From Perna viridis (Eukaryota), in the NCBI GenBank assembly GCA_037379345.1, contig CM074521.1, forward strand, positions 35,922,704-35,986,703: a DNA stretch of 64,000 nucleotides, read 5' to 3'. Of the stretch, positions 1 to 12,800 are shown in pieces; position 1 is the stretch's first letter; each line of letters opens with the position of its first letter. The notes below the pieces were generated by a model that was not told the origin of the DNA, made no database searches, and saw only the letters and a program-made list of their open reading frames with translations. The translations under genes and the position numbers were made by a program.

Positions 1-3000
1 TAGCAGACTAAATGAACAATACCATGAATAAATGATCAAATAAATAGTTAAAGTTCATCAAACAAATAGTGAGAATAATTGGTTCTTATTTTCACCAATA
101 CAATTAGGTGACATGGTACAAGTTAAACTGCACCTATAATGCAAGAGAGCCTCGATTAAGAGGCTAAATACAGAAATAAAATTAGACCCTACTTAATAAA
201 GTAATAGAATTGGGTGAAACTTCCTGGTTACAAAGGAAGAAAAATGCTGTATACCCTTGAAATCCATAGGTTAACTAGATAAACTTCATAATTAAAAAAT
301 GCCAATAATGATTTAGACCTTTGTCTGCTGAATATGATTCCATTCTGAATAAATTTTAGACATGATGCAACAGTACACTTGACAAGAAGAACATTTATTG
401 AGCAAGTACAGCACACCAGAAATTTGATTGGTGAATTATACAAACCTTGTCTTCACTTGATGATCAATTACATGTATTCATTCTTTTAATTAAAAAATTT
501 AGGTCTCATGCTGAGCTACTTTCTGTACATCAAATTGCTTATAAATAGTGCAGGAAATTGCTTTCTATATTCAATACAATTATTAATAAAGCTGTAGTAT
601 AGTTATAAACAAGGAACGTTTACAATATCCATTGGAATTAGTTAGGTTGCACAAGTTTCAGAATTTAATCCACAAATTCGCCAAAGAATGTAATTCTCTA
701 ACATTATATTGTCTCAATTTTATCAAATTATATCATATCTTGTACATCTGATGCAACAGGAATGCACAGCTGCGACTGTTGTTGATAAAATTAAAATTCA
801 ATATGACGATTTTAATCTCAGATGATAGACCAACTCACTTTATGGTGTCTAAGTTACAAAGTCATATATCTAATGTAAGACCTGTGTAATCTCATAACTA
901 ACTTAGTGAGTTATACCTTAATTAAATTCTTAGGCAATTTTACCAGTTAAGTGGATCAATATCAAAAATAAAAATATAATTTTTATAATGATATTAAGAT
1001 TAGAATCTTTACCCAACCACAGAGTGGAATCGCTAACAACTGTGTAGTGAAAATATTAACATGTGTTTCCAACCACCACACCTTTGCAATAATAATGTTA
1101 TTTTTTGCACAAAAATGTAAATTACTACTGAAGGTTAACTCCCTATCATGATTCATTTATCAGTAACCAGTCATCCATATCAGTAAAGGAAACTGGTTTC
1201 CTGTCTACTTGGGACCATATTATGTATCATCACCAACAATTTGACAATAAATTGCTGTTCAGATAATTTAATTTTGTTAATAGAAGAAGTGTTTGATCCA
1301 GTACCTTTTCATGATCATAAAAAATTGTGAATCCCTCACCTGGTTCTCAAAAGTAATACACTAATGAAAATATCTGACATAATATGACTTGAATGAAAAA
1401 TAGACACTATCTCTGGTTTCTGGCATAAAGCAATTAAATGCATTAATTTCTGACAAAGTTACATGAAACTCATCAGTGTTTTAACATGACTTTGAGAAAT
1501 TCAATTTCCTTTCTAACATTTTGTTTTCTACAAGGAAAATTGGACAGACTTCTCCATAGTTGATGTAAACTATAGTAAAGTTTTCACCAAATTGAATAAG
1601 AAAAAATAATACTAGAGTATACATAAACTTTTCTTCAACTAATTTTAAGCTCTAAATGAAGAAAACAAAACTTTCAAAAAATCACATTACATTTTTAGCT
1701 ACAGAAAATGAAACCAAAATGAAACCACAAAAATTCCTTTCTCAGTCAATATGTGAGAAAAGAGATATATTATATCTAGGTATTAATTTTACATTGGACC
1801 ATAACTGCCATAACTTGATACCAATAAACAGTCAGGAAAGTTATTTATCAAAAACTATTTTACGCCTCATGCTCAAGTCTCTAAAACTTCATTTTTCATC
1901 CCATTTAATTTTAAATGGAAGACAAGATACATTCATAACCCTCAAGCCATAAAACCAGCCACGCAGAGCTGAAAGGTGAGCTACAGAATTCTAATTTTAC
2001 CACCTGATGTGACATTCAGAATAATGGTGCAAAATAATTATTTTTTTAAACTCATGCCAATTACTGAGATACCATATGTGACAAAATTTGCTTAATTTCC
2101 GCTTTTTGGTTGTAATATTTTGAAAAATATCTGTTCCAACTAGCCAAAGGGTTTGTAAATTTTGCTTCTCAGAGTGAGTAAGCAGACATGGTACATACTA
2201 TGTATTTTTTTTTTCAGCTTTACATAAATTTTCCTTCAAACAACCTAAATACCATCCAATCATGAAGGTCCTTGACATTATTTAATATTTGATTAATCAG
2301 AAAGAAAATATGCCTTGATCAAATATCTTCATAGAACTTGTATAATATGAGCAGCTTGCATATAGTCTGTATTAACATTAACTCTTGTCATGTAAATTAT
2401 ACAGTTCCTCACTCTGCTGGGCCCTTTAAGTATGACTATGCAAGTTGTTCTACCAGGGAGAATTTCCTTTTATGCTGATTAAATGAAGTTTTTAACATGA
2501 ATAGAAACATTACTATACATGTAACAGTAGGGTATCTTATGGTGAAATTGAATCCTTTTCAGTTGTGTAGAGAAATAGATCTAATGTGTCAACAGGATAC
2601 AAAGAAATGGGTATCATATCTACTGAAATGACAATGTTTCAATAATACAAGGGGCATGCATGAAATATAACCTACTTTTTATTTAAACGATAAACAATAC
2701 ACATAGCTAGTAAACCAATTTATCTGTAGACACATGAGTAAGTTCTAAAGTTCTTACTTTCTCTGACTTACTTATATGCTGCTTATCAGGAAGAAAATTA
2801 AAAAAAAACTGTTTTGTAAAATTTCAATAATTACAGGGTGTATACTTACAGGAGTGAAATTTCAAGAAAATGTATGTAATGTCACAAATATAATCAAGAA
2901 AACAATATTTAGTTTCTTTACTTTCTGTGTTTTATGCATATTTTGTTATTTTTACTATAGGAAGGATTGACAGGTTAAGAAAGCATGTGTCCCAATTTCT

Positions 3001-5451
3001 ATTCACGAAAATGAATATCATTAACTCTCATATTCATATTTTTCTCTTTAAAGAGATAAAAATGCTCTTTTTCTTAACAAAATTCATCTTCTGAAAATAA
3101 AGTCTCATTTTTATGGTAATTGTATTCTATATTTCTGTATAGACTTTTATTTTCACAATAACTTGTCTAAGAATGATTATGTATCGTCTTTTTTAAACTG
3201 GAACCAAACTTGCACAATAAATCTAAGTATTGCCTGCCTACATTTGCCAATTCATGCAAATTTTCACAATGACTTGACTAAATAAGAAATAGTTCCAATG
3301 TGATGTACTTGTTGGTCATTACTCAAACTTATAAATATCACTTGTCATAAGAATTTTCTCGATATTATGAGCTATCCACAATCCGTTATTTAATTCTGCG
3401 AAAACATATTTTTGCTTTCATTCATTTAGACAGTTCTTATAAGAGGTAAATTACAGACGAGGGACAGAATTATTGATCAATGTCACAGGGAGAATAGGAA
3501 ATTCTTCGATGATTTAGACAAACTGCTCAGTAAATTTAATAAGAATCATTTTCTGAAGTAGGCTTGGAATATTCCACCAATTACTTCAAAGATCTCTTAA
3601 GGATTTTCTAATGGTTTTTTGAATTATCTGAAATTTCTTTAGAATAAGGCAATATATCAAGACACTACTAATTCTATAGGATAAAGTTCATTGTAACTTC
3701 CACTACTTAAATATATACAATGAACCTCATTGTTACAGTACTCTTATCTACAGATAAAATGGAGAAAACAGTATACTGTAGAAATGTACATAAAATGAGC
3801 ATGCTAAACACCAAGTAATGTTATGGTAAACTGACTTCTATTTTACACAGGAATCTTTTTGAGTTGTTTTCTTTACAATCTGAACATCCTAACAAAAACT
3901 ATTTGGTCAAAATTTTAAATGGTGCTTTCTTCACCTTTTAATTGTTTTTGTACCATTTAAAATATTACAATAATTTTTCCTGTTGTAGGTATTATGTTTG
4001 ACCACAGTAGTCATGCAACAAGATTTTGTTTACTTCCTATAGGGGACCTTGATGATGAATTAAACCTTCTCCAAACCTTTACCTTCTACAACCATTTTAT
4101 TTACACATAAGTTAGTTTACCAATATAAATGCAATTGACTTTATGATTTGATAATTTCTGCTTCATTACAGCCCGTGTTTTTTTGTAATCTGTTGCATTG
4201 TAGCTTGACTCATTGTTATTCAATTCCTATTCGATTGAAAACTATTTTTTCCCATGTATTGTCAATTACAATCTGCAGTCTGCCGATTGATCTGTTAGAA
4301 GAAGTAGTCCTACAGAAAAGTTTGCTTCAAATTCTGTATAAAACAACAAACAAATTAAGTTTGACGAAACGTTATCTTGTAATAGATAGCTGGCACCAAT
4401 CATCTTTATTGAACAATTGGACAATTCATTTCATGTTGTCCCGCAATAATGCAACAACTTCATCAATAAAACGAACGCTTCAGAAGTTTCACGGAAGATT
4501 GCCATTTCATCATGTACAATATTAGAAGACCCTCAGTACTGAAGAATTCACCAGTTTTATTTCCGAAGTTTGATGGGTATTTTCCATTAAATGGTGTATC
4601 TTGATTAAAACAGCATGAAATTACTGAAACTTTTACTTTAAATTGTGTTTTTTAAGATTTTATGTAACTTTTATTCAATCCTCAATTTCAAACCTTAGTG
4701 AATTGTACATTAACAGATCTTCTTGAGTTTTCATGGTGATTTTCCATTAAGACAGAAATATTTTTTATCAAATGCTTTTAGTTAATCTGGTATCATGTTT
4801 TTCTTTGAATGGAAATGTTGACTTTGTATATAATTAAATGCACAACATATGGCGACATTTTCTGCACAAGTTGTTGTATTAATATTAAATGGTCTGCATA
4901 AACATGCTTAGCAATTTAATATCAGATCATAGAGACACAATACAACTGAACTGAATAATCAATTAATGCAGGGCCAATAACAGAATCAAACAACTTTGTT
5001 TAGATATCAAGTTAGATTCCTACCAGTGTCAAAGCACTGCAGCTTTTAATAGTGTCAATCTTAAGTGTCTCCACTGTTATGGATAAGACAATAATTAGAT
5101 TCCTATTTCTGAAGTTTGACCAACATGAGGGTCAAAAGAGGTCAATCTTACCAGACAATAAAAAGACATGTCTGAGGTAAATGTCTAAGTGCATTGACCA
5201 AAATTTATTATTCTTTATTATTAATGAACCACTGTCATCTTCTGATTCTGACCTTACTGATCTAGTGTTTATATTTGGATGTTTGATAGTTGATGGCTTT
5301 TTGTAGAAAATACAGGGGCTGGAAATGATTAACATATGCTGGGTTAGTGGTGAAATTGGGATATGGTGTTCCACTGTTATTAAGATCAGTGGAGAGAGAG
5401 TACAACTAGCCAAGTAGACAATATCTTCAGAAGCAAAATACAAGATTGCAC

Positions 5452-5487
5452 CTCCATCCCTTTAATATGGAGATATGGTATGCCTAC
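5452..5487 (-). CDS. shep: Candidate 36-nt alternative 5' splice-site extension of the RNP1 exon ([12 protein letters not shown])
   Basis: The frame stays open past the first donor to a second phase-0 donor GAG|gtgcaa. The peptide begins VGI, like the alternative linker insert I recall in arthropod Shep proteins. Confidence 0.6.
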
Positions 5488-5579
5488 CTTAGCCATTTGT
5501 GCTTGGATACCCTGGGCTTGCAGTGCCCCTACCGCCACTTCAGCTGCCTGAGGAGATTCAAAATCTACAAATCCATAAC
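5488..5579 (-). CDS. shep: Coding exon (92 nt, phase 1 to 0), RNP1 and end of RRM1
   Basis: Acceptor ttttactttcag, donor AAG|gtaggc. Translates [31 protein letters not shown]: RNP1 KGYGFVDF and the family motif QAQMAK. Confidence 0.95.
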
Positions 5580-5823
5580 CTGAAAGTAAAATACATACTT
5601 TAGAACACGTAGAAATTGTTGCAAGACTTCATAGTATAAAATGATCAGATGGTGTTAGAATCTTATAAAGGCCTTTTATGTCTGTGTTGCTCCTATTATT
5701 CAAACTTTTTATAGATATTTCTTGTATATGCTGAGAAATTCATAACAAAAAGTTTATTATCAAAGAAGTTTTAATTTTACCAATCACTACCATCTTTTAG
5801 CCAAACTAAACTTATATAATTAC

Positions 5824-5882
5824 CTTTGCATTTTTTGGTGTTTTCATCTAATATGGCTTTCGTTGAAATAATTTTACCATAT
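5824..5882 (-). CDS. shep: Coding exon (59 nt, phase 2 to 1), middle of RRM1
   Basis: Acceptor tttctttttttcag, donor AAG|gtaatt. In frame with the previous exon it gives (P)YGKIISTKAILDENTKKCK(G), matching RBMS [20 protein letters not shown]. Too short to appear in the ORF track. Confidence 0.95.
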
Positions 5883-8089
5883 CTGAAAAAAAGAAAAATG
5901 AATCATTAAAATTTCCAATTATATAATTGCACATTCTCTGCCCATTATCAAGTCACATGACCTTTCCCATGGTACCTTGAATGCCACAGGCCACAGATTT
6001 CTTCTTCAAACTCCATTATTTCAATTTCACCTGAAGCAGCAAGTTATCTTTTACAGGATGCCACCTTTTTCAACATCATGTGACTTTTCCCATGATGCTT
6101 TGTCTAATTTTTGCCATAAGATAGAATGTTTTATTGTAACAGGAAGAAGGATAAGTTTTATGTGCCATAAATCAAGGGAATTCTGTCATTTTGAGCAATC
6201 TTCAAATTAATTCAGAAAAAGCCCAGAAAATTAATAAGCAAATAGCAAGACTACTGTTCATCAAGATAATAAACTGACGGAGAAAATGATCTATAATCAC
6301 ACTGTTGAAGGTAAAAATTCTGTCATTACCGAATGAAATAGCTAATATAGTCACCGATAATCACATTAATTAATACGAGTTTTGTCACTGGATGCTTTTA
6401 TTATAATTATAAGTTCTTTTCATGGTGTAATTATTGGTGAGATTAAGAAATCCTGCAATTGTGAGATATGCATTCTTCACATGCAATATTCCAGCAGAAA
6501 CCTGAAATTTATGACATTTTTCTTTGATGTATAATCAATTATTTTATTGCTAATTTATGACAAAGATAAAATGTGTTCAGAAGTGAGGGTAAAATTACAT
6601 CCATTAGGATAGAGTTCTAGATAGAACTGGAAGCAAAGATTACAAAATATTGGTTTGAATAGAAACCACATTCATTCTTTGCTGAGACACACTTGTCACA
6701 CTTGAAGTAAGCTATTATAAGCACACACATACACCATACCCAAGATTCAGCCATGAAGTACAATGTATTTCATTACTATGATAAGTATATGTAGTAGTGT
6801 TTTTTGTTAGAGTACCTTCAAGTAGACTCAGAAACTGTCTTATTTCCATATTAAGCATTTCACTACTTGAATGGTAAATACTAACGATGAACAGTCATTC
6901 CAGTTATTGTAGATACAGCATGGTAGAAAATTTGTGGTGAAGAATAAGATTTTACACGAAAACTGAAGGTGTAGAATAGTAGGTTCTTACATAAGTCTCT
7001 ATTGAAGAACCGAGCCCCTAATGAACAATAGGATTTCTAAGTTGTGAAATGTCGTCTTTCACTCAAGTGGAGTTCTAAGGAACATCGAAAGACAATAAAA
7101 TTCTCTCACAATTGGAAAAAATCTCAGTTTCTGTAAAAATAAGTGTCAGTAACTATTTCTTCTGTAAAACACTGTATTTTTCAGGTTTTGTATCTACACT
7201 GGTTTTGTCAGGGAGAATAGAGTCAAGGTTTTTCACAACTGTGGTTACATGGCAAAAATCAAAAACCACATGTGACATCACTGATGCCTTTATAAACATC
7301 TTCTATGTTGTACCGTTTGGCAGTTATCCGATTGGCTGATAATGCCATGTAACACATAGTCATCAGCAGTTGTCTTTATGGATTGTTTTACATGGAAAGT
7401 GACAAAACAGAAGATATTTTATAGACAGCAGATAAGACCAGAAACTATCGCATACCAGAACATGCATGTTTGCAGTTAAAAGCAAATGGTCTGAAAAAAA
7501 AAGAGCATATTGTCAAGTTTTAAGTGACTTATTTGACCTCATAAAAAGAACCAAAATAAAAGCAAAATAAAATGGTATTTCATCACAATCAACCATTAAT
7601 GTAATTAACTAAAAAAACAACCATTATCTTTTAACGATCAATTAAAAATAGATTTAACTGAACTTTAGGGGGATCCTTTATTGGACAATTTTTGTGAAAA
7701 AAATTCTCCAACAAAAGCCATCAAATTCCATAACAGTATTATCTGTTCATCATTGTCAATTTTCTTTATTAAAATCCAACTTTCAACAATAAAACATAGA
7801 CACAAATGATGTATAATTCAAATGACAAATTTCCATAGATACATCATGATCACTATCTTAACATGTTTTCGACAGAAAGCCACATTACATGGCTCCTATA
7901 TTATTATAATTGATTGAAATCGGTCGTTTGTATAGGTCTTTGAGTAGAATTGGTTTGAAAAAAAGTTCTTCTTGCATTTTATTAACAAATTTATCTGGAA
8001 AGAAAAATCAAATTTTCAACTTCTTAGTTGTTTTCTAAGTATAGGGTATAACAGACCAAGTCTTGATGAAGTAAGATAAAGAAGGATTT

Positions 8090-8544
8090 AGATTGTTTGT
8101 TTGTTTGTTTGTTGGGGTTTAACGTCCGAGCAGCAATATTTCAGCTATATTCAGACGATGAACATGAAATTGATGATAAAATGAACATGAAATGATGAAA
8201 TGGAAAAGGAATGGGACACAAGGACAATGGGGTAGACAAATTTTGATTGCCACTGGAAATAGGGAGAGGTGGGTAGGGTCGGGAAAATTAGCCTCCTGTG
8301 GCGGAGCCCTATGGTTCCTATTCCGGGAGAATACCATAGTAGGGTTCTTTAATGTGTGAGGAACGTGGTATCTTTCCCAACACGGTGCACCACTATGGTT
8401 TGCGGTCAGTTTTCCATATTATAGCCTGACAACCCCAGCATGTAACACGCCAGGGGTACCCTATTCAACCCTATTTAGTCGCCTTTTACAACAAACTTAG
8501 CGCTGCTGCAGGCCTATTCTTTTAACACCCAGACCTGCACGGGG
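8090..8544 (-). mobile_element. Apparently full-length non-autonomous retroposon (SINE/RTE-derived type), 455 bp
   Basis: 10-bp target-site duplication AGAAGGATTT (8080-8089 and 8545-8554). 3' tail ...ggacgttaaacccc(aaca)n on the minus strand. GC/CpG-richer than the flanks, with a structured 5' head. Confidence 0.85.
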
Positions 8545-9111
8545 AGAAGGATTTTGAAAAATGTTTTTCAGTCTTTCTACTTTCACTTTAACTTTTCCAA
8601 GACTTTTTCTACTTTCTTTCCATCTTTCAAAGCCATGTCCTTTTTATTGACCTTCGGGACACTTGCATGAAACTTAACATGTAAGTGAACCTAACATACA
8701 CATCAACTTTAGCTGACGTAAACAGCAGGAATGTCTGTATATAAAATACCAGTATAACCTTATTTAGTATAGTTTATCTAGAAGATCAAGTTTGTATTTA
8801 CACAGTCATATATTAAATTTATTCCAGATTGTAAATCTATCATGTTTTGAAGTTGCAGGTTTGTAGTAAAAGTGAATAAAAAGTAAGACATACTGTTTAA
8901 AACAAACACATTATTGCTGTATGGAGTATTTGTTCTAGTTTTAAACCGCTTTAAGACATAAATTTTGCAGAAAAAAATGGATCATTTTTTTATTATACGT
9001 AGCAAAGTGACTACAGTTGGTACATAAAAAGAGACTCAGAGAACACAAAAAAGAACTAAGAATTTTAAAAGTATCCACTGTACGTATGATTGAATTAAGA
9101 AGCAGAACATG

Positions 9112-9219
9112 AGGGAGCTAACATTTGATTGTATGGTGGGGGATCAAATTTTGTGTCCTGGATTTTTATTTCAAACTTGATCATTGATCCACACCATAAA
9201 AATCAAGTGGTTGCTCCTT
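9112..9219. mobile_element. Short MITE
   Basis: Imperfect terminal inverted repeats of about 30 bp: agggagctaacatttgattgtatggtg / caccataaaaatcaagtggttgctcct. Confidence 0.65.
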
Positions 9220-9672
9220 TATAATGCAAAGACAGGTAAAAATAAATAAACTATTACTCAGTTTATAAAGACAGGAAACTTTTCATATAAAATACACAAG
9301 AAAAATTGACTGCCCTTTGAAACATTTCCTTCAAACAGATGAAGTGGACAAACAACAGAATAGCTTTGGTTAAGAATATGCTGCTCCTTAAATCAACACA
9401 TCAAGAACAATGGAGTCTCTTCACCAAGCAATATCTACAGATAAAGATAACATAGTTAGGATGGAATGTATATCTCAATAATTTGTTGACTTTTCTATGT
9501 AATTTGTTTCAATATTTTCTGTTGATTAAAACAACTCTGGGTTTCACCTATTATCCACTAAAGATTTTAATAATAATTAATGTAAGAGATTCCTGAGGTT
9601 ATCTATGGTAAGACAATGTGCTAAACTGGTAGATTATCCCCTCTAAACAACTCATTTGGACAGAGACTCTGG

Positions 9673-9817
9673 GCAACCCTGGGAGTCAAAACATCTATTT
9701 CAGAGCTGATTGACTCAGAACCCTGGTGATAATTGTATCCTAAGCAACTCTGAGTCAAAACATCTATTTCAGAGTTGATTGACTCAGAACCTCCAAGACA
9801 TCTGTATCCAAAGCAAA
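9673..9817. repeat. 69-bp tandem duplication with internal inverted repeat
   Basis: gagtcaaaacatctatttcagag(c/t)tgattgactcagaacc at 9683 and 9752. Confidence 0.85.
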
Positions 9818-12800
9818 CCTTCTTAGCGCCTGAACATCCAATAGAAACAGAATAAAAGAAAACTTCACAGCTTCACAATAATCTGTATATGTGGATGAAA
9901 TCAGCATGAGAATGGACAACAGTCTGAAAATTCCAGAATACCGGTAACTTTATTGGTATCTATCATAGAGAGCCCCAACTTGAACAGCACTGAATCTGTT
10001 ATTAAATAAACACTTCCTGACTACTGAGGTGTAGAGTTTACTTTATTTAATGATAAAACAATTGTTCTGGAGTAATCATCTACTTCCACCTCTGCCAAGA
10101 GTCTGCCAGTACATCAAACAGAAGTAAGAATTCATGGCTGTGATGTATATAGACCTATGATAGATTTACATATACACCATATATAAATAAATCACTAGCA
10201 AAATAGCAGAAAAAGACTCTAGCTACTTTGATAACCTTGCTAGATATCAACCAGAATAACCAAAAGATCAGAATGAAACATGGCTCCATTCTAATACTTC
10301 TAGTATCCTAAAAACTTGACTTTTACATAATTTAATGTTAAAACATTTATACTTGTGTAATAATCCAATTTACCCACATCAGCATTTAGTATGTACTGTT
10401 CTGAGGTAACTCAAGGTAACAGATTACCACAGCTTATTCATTGACATATCTTACTGCTGCAATTGGAGATGGATTGAACTGCCTGTAACTGCTATTATAA
10501 CTAAAGAAAATGAAGAAACTAACAGCATAATAGAGTAAAACTTTCTGCTTTAGAATGAGAATTAGAAACAATTTTGACCTTGAATTACAGCCATACCATC
10601 CCTTACCAACATATGACTATACATTGGTCAAATGCTAAAAATCAGACCACATCTTGAAACACAAGATCTTTAATATGAAACTAATGAACTATAGGGTACC
10701 AGATCTTGGCTTGTAAACATAACAGCTCAGCCTCAGTTGATGAAACATACAATGTAGTTGCATAATTAAGGAATGGTGACATTGATTGTTAGTACAAGGT
10801 CATGTCTAGACAAAGAGGGGAACTTGACAACTCTCTTCATAATATCAGCAGGACATCTGTACTTACAAAATGTAATTAATGGAAAACAATAAGCATGAAA
10901 AACTCTTCCCTGGAACAAGACAAGTAATTTACACAGAGTGAACAACATTATTATATGGACCTAAATATTCAACATAATAAAAAAATAAAATAGAAAACAA
11001 GACACAAATATGTAGGAAGGAAACTTTAACAACAATATCCCTAAAGAAACATGAACAGGAAGAAACTACTGACTGATAAAACAGAAATAGGAAATAACTA
11101 TTTTTTTAATACAAAATTTCTATACAGTGTGAATTTGATAACAAGAAGTATGTATTAATTTTGGTGGCATAATGGTACTAAACAGCTCAGTACCAATACT
11201 TAAACTTAGAATGACATCACTATACATGATAGATATATAGCAATCTAGACAACATTGATTCATAAGTTCATATCAACAGTAAGAAACAATCTACCAAAGT
11301 AGCATATAACTTGGTGGAAGTATTTCTGAATAATTGTGTGACTGACAGACAGACAATATTACCGAAATACATTCCGTCCAAAGAGATGGGCAAATAAAAA
11401 TTAACCCAACGAAATCTAAGTACCCATGTTCTTATAACTAGAAAGTGAGTTAAAAACTAAAGCTGTAAGATAATTTAAAGAAACCCAAAACACTGCATAT
11501 AATACTGAAAGAAGCACCAGAAATAATATTAGAAGCAGACAGAGATCTCCTATACCATGAACAGTTGACACATACAGTGTAATTTATATCATGGTTGTCA
11601 ATAAGTTCATTTCTATTGTCTGGAGAAAGACAGAGCTTAACTGTCCACATGTTAGTTCCATGACAAACAAACGCTTGAATGAATAGGATATTTGCAGTCA
11701 TTACGGTCCTGTTACCATGTTATCACAGAATTACTGACGATTCTTATTAAACAAGTGAAATGTAATAGTAAGGACAAAATGTTCTTAGCTAGCAGTTTTA
11801 TTTAGACTCTATTGTTAGGTTTATTAGCAGTTTGGTATATTGAGTATGATTTGCCTCTATAAATTAATCTAATTCTTGAATGAAACATATTTACAAACAA
11901 CAGGTAGGAAGGACTACATCTATGTCTGAAGGTGCAAGTGTAAAACTATAGGCTTGTACAGACAAGATTACTTTAAGGTAGCTTACAGTCTTATGGTTTA
12001 CAAAAATCTTTACAAATGCAAAATTTTTAAATTACAGTGTCAATATTTGATTTTCTAATAAACTGGGGCTTCCAATAAGCTCTTTAATAAACAATGCATG
12101 CCAAGTGCTTCTTGTGTAAACAGTGAACTTGCTTAGATTTGAAAGAACTGTGCAATTACATATCTATTGAGAGATTTGTTAATGTCCAGTGAAGTGCAGA
12201 AGAAATTGATTTTTGGTGTTTTTTATGGCAGGCTGGGAGTCTTTGCGTCTTTTGATCTGTTTGTCAATAGACAGAATATAGCAAATGTGAGATGAAATAA
12301 GACTCAAAAGCACGTAAACTGAATATCAAATAATTCACTTCATTAGCGATGAGCTCATGAAATCGTCAATATAATAGAGATGTATAGCTTTTCAAAATAC
12401 AATTTCATCAAACCTGATTACTCTTGAACAGCATGGCTTATGTTTACCTTTAAATTAATAAATGGCAAGCTTTGAAAAGGAAACACCATGTTTCAGAATA
12501 TAAATATTGAGCCTTGAATAGAAATGTATGGTAATGACCATTGCCTTACTGTTTTATAGCATCTGTTTGTATAAAAACACAATTATATCAATGAATATCT
12601 TTAAGTATGCATGGACTAATGGGGCTGATATCTGTATTTGTTTTTTGCCTCAATATGGGAAGATGAACCTAAAAGGCAACTAAAAAGGACATGTCAGACT
12701 TACTCTATTGATTGGCTACTGGAATATTTTTTTGTTTTTACATAATGGTGAGAAATAAGACAAAAATATCCATGATACAAAAACATTGTTTAACAACCAT

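Noticed and set aside
4148-4525. 125-aa plus-strand ORF
   Set aside because: TTG start, no recognisable domain, antisense to the host gene.
1-5385. Search for the next exon (QQEQDPTNLY, RRM2)
   Set aside because: Not found by eye. The donor-like CAG|GTGAGG near 1340 has no supporting coding sequence. The exon is presumed to lie outside the window.
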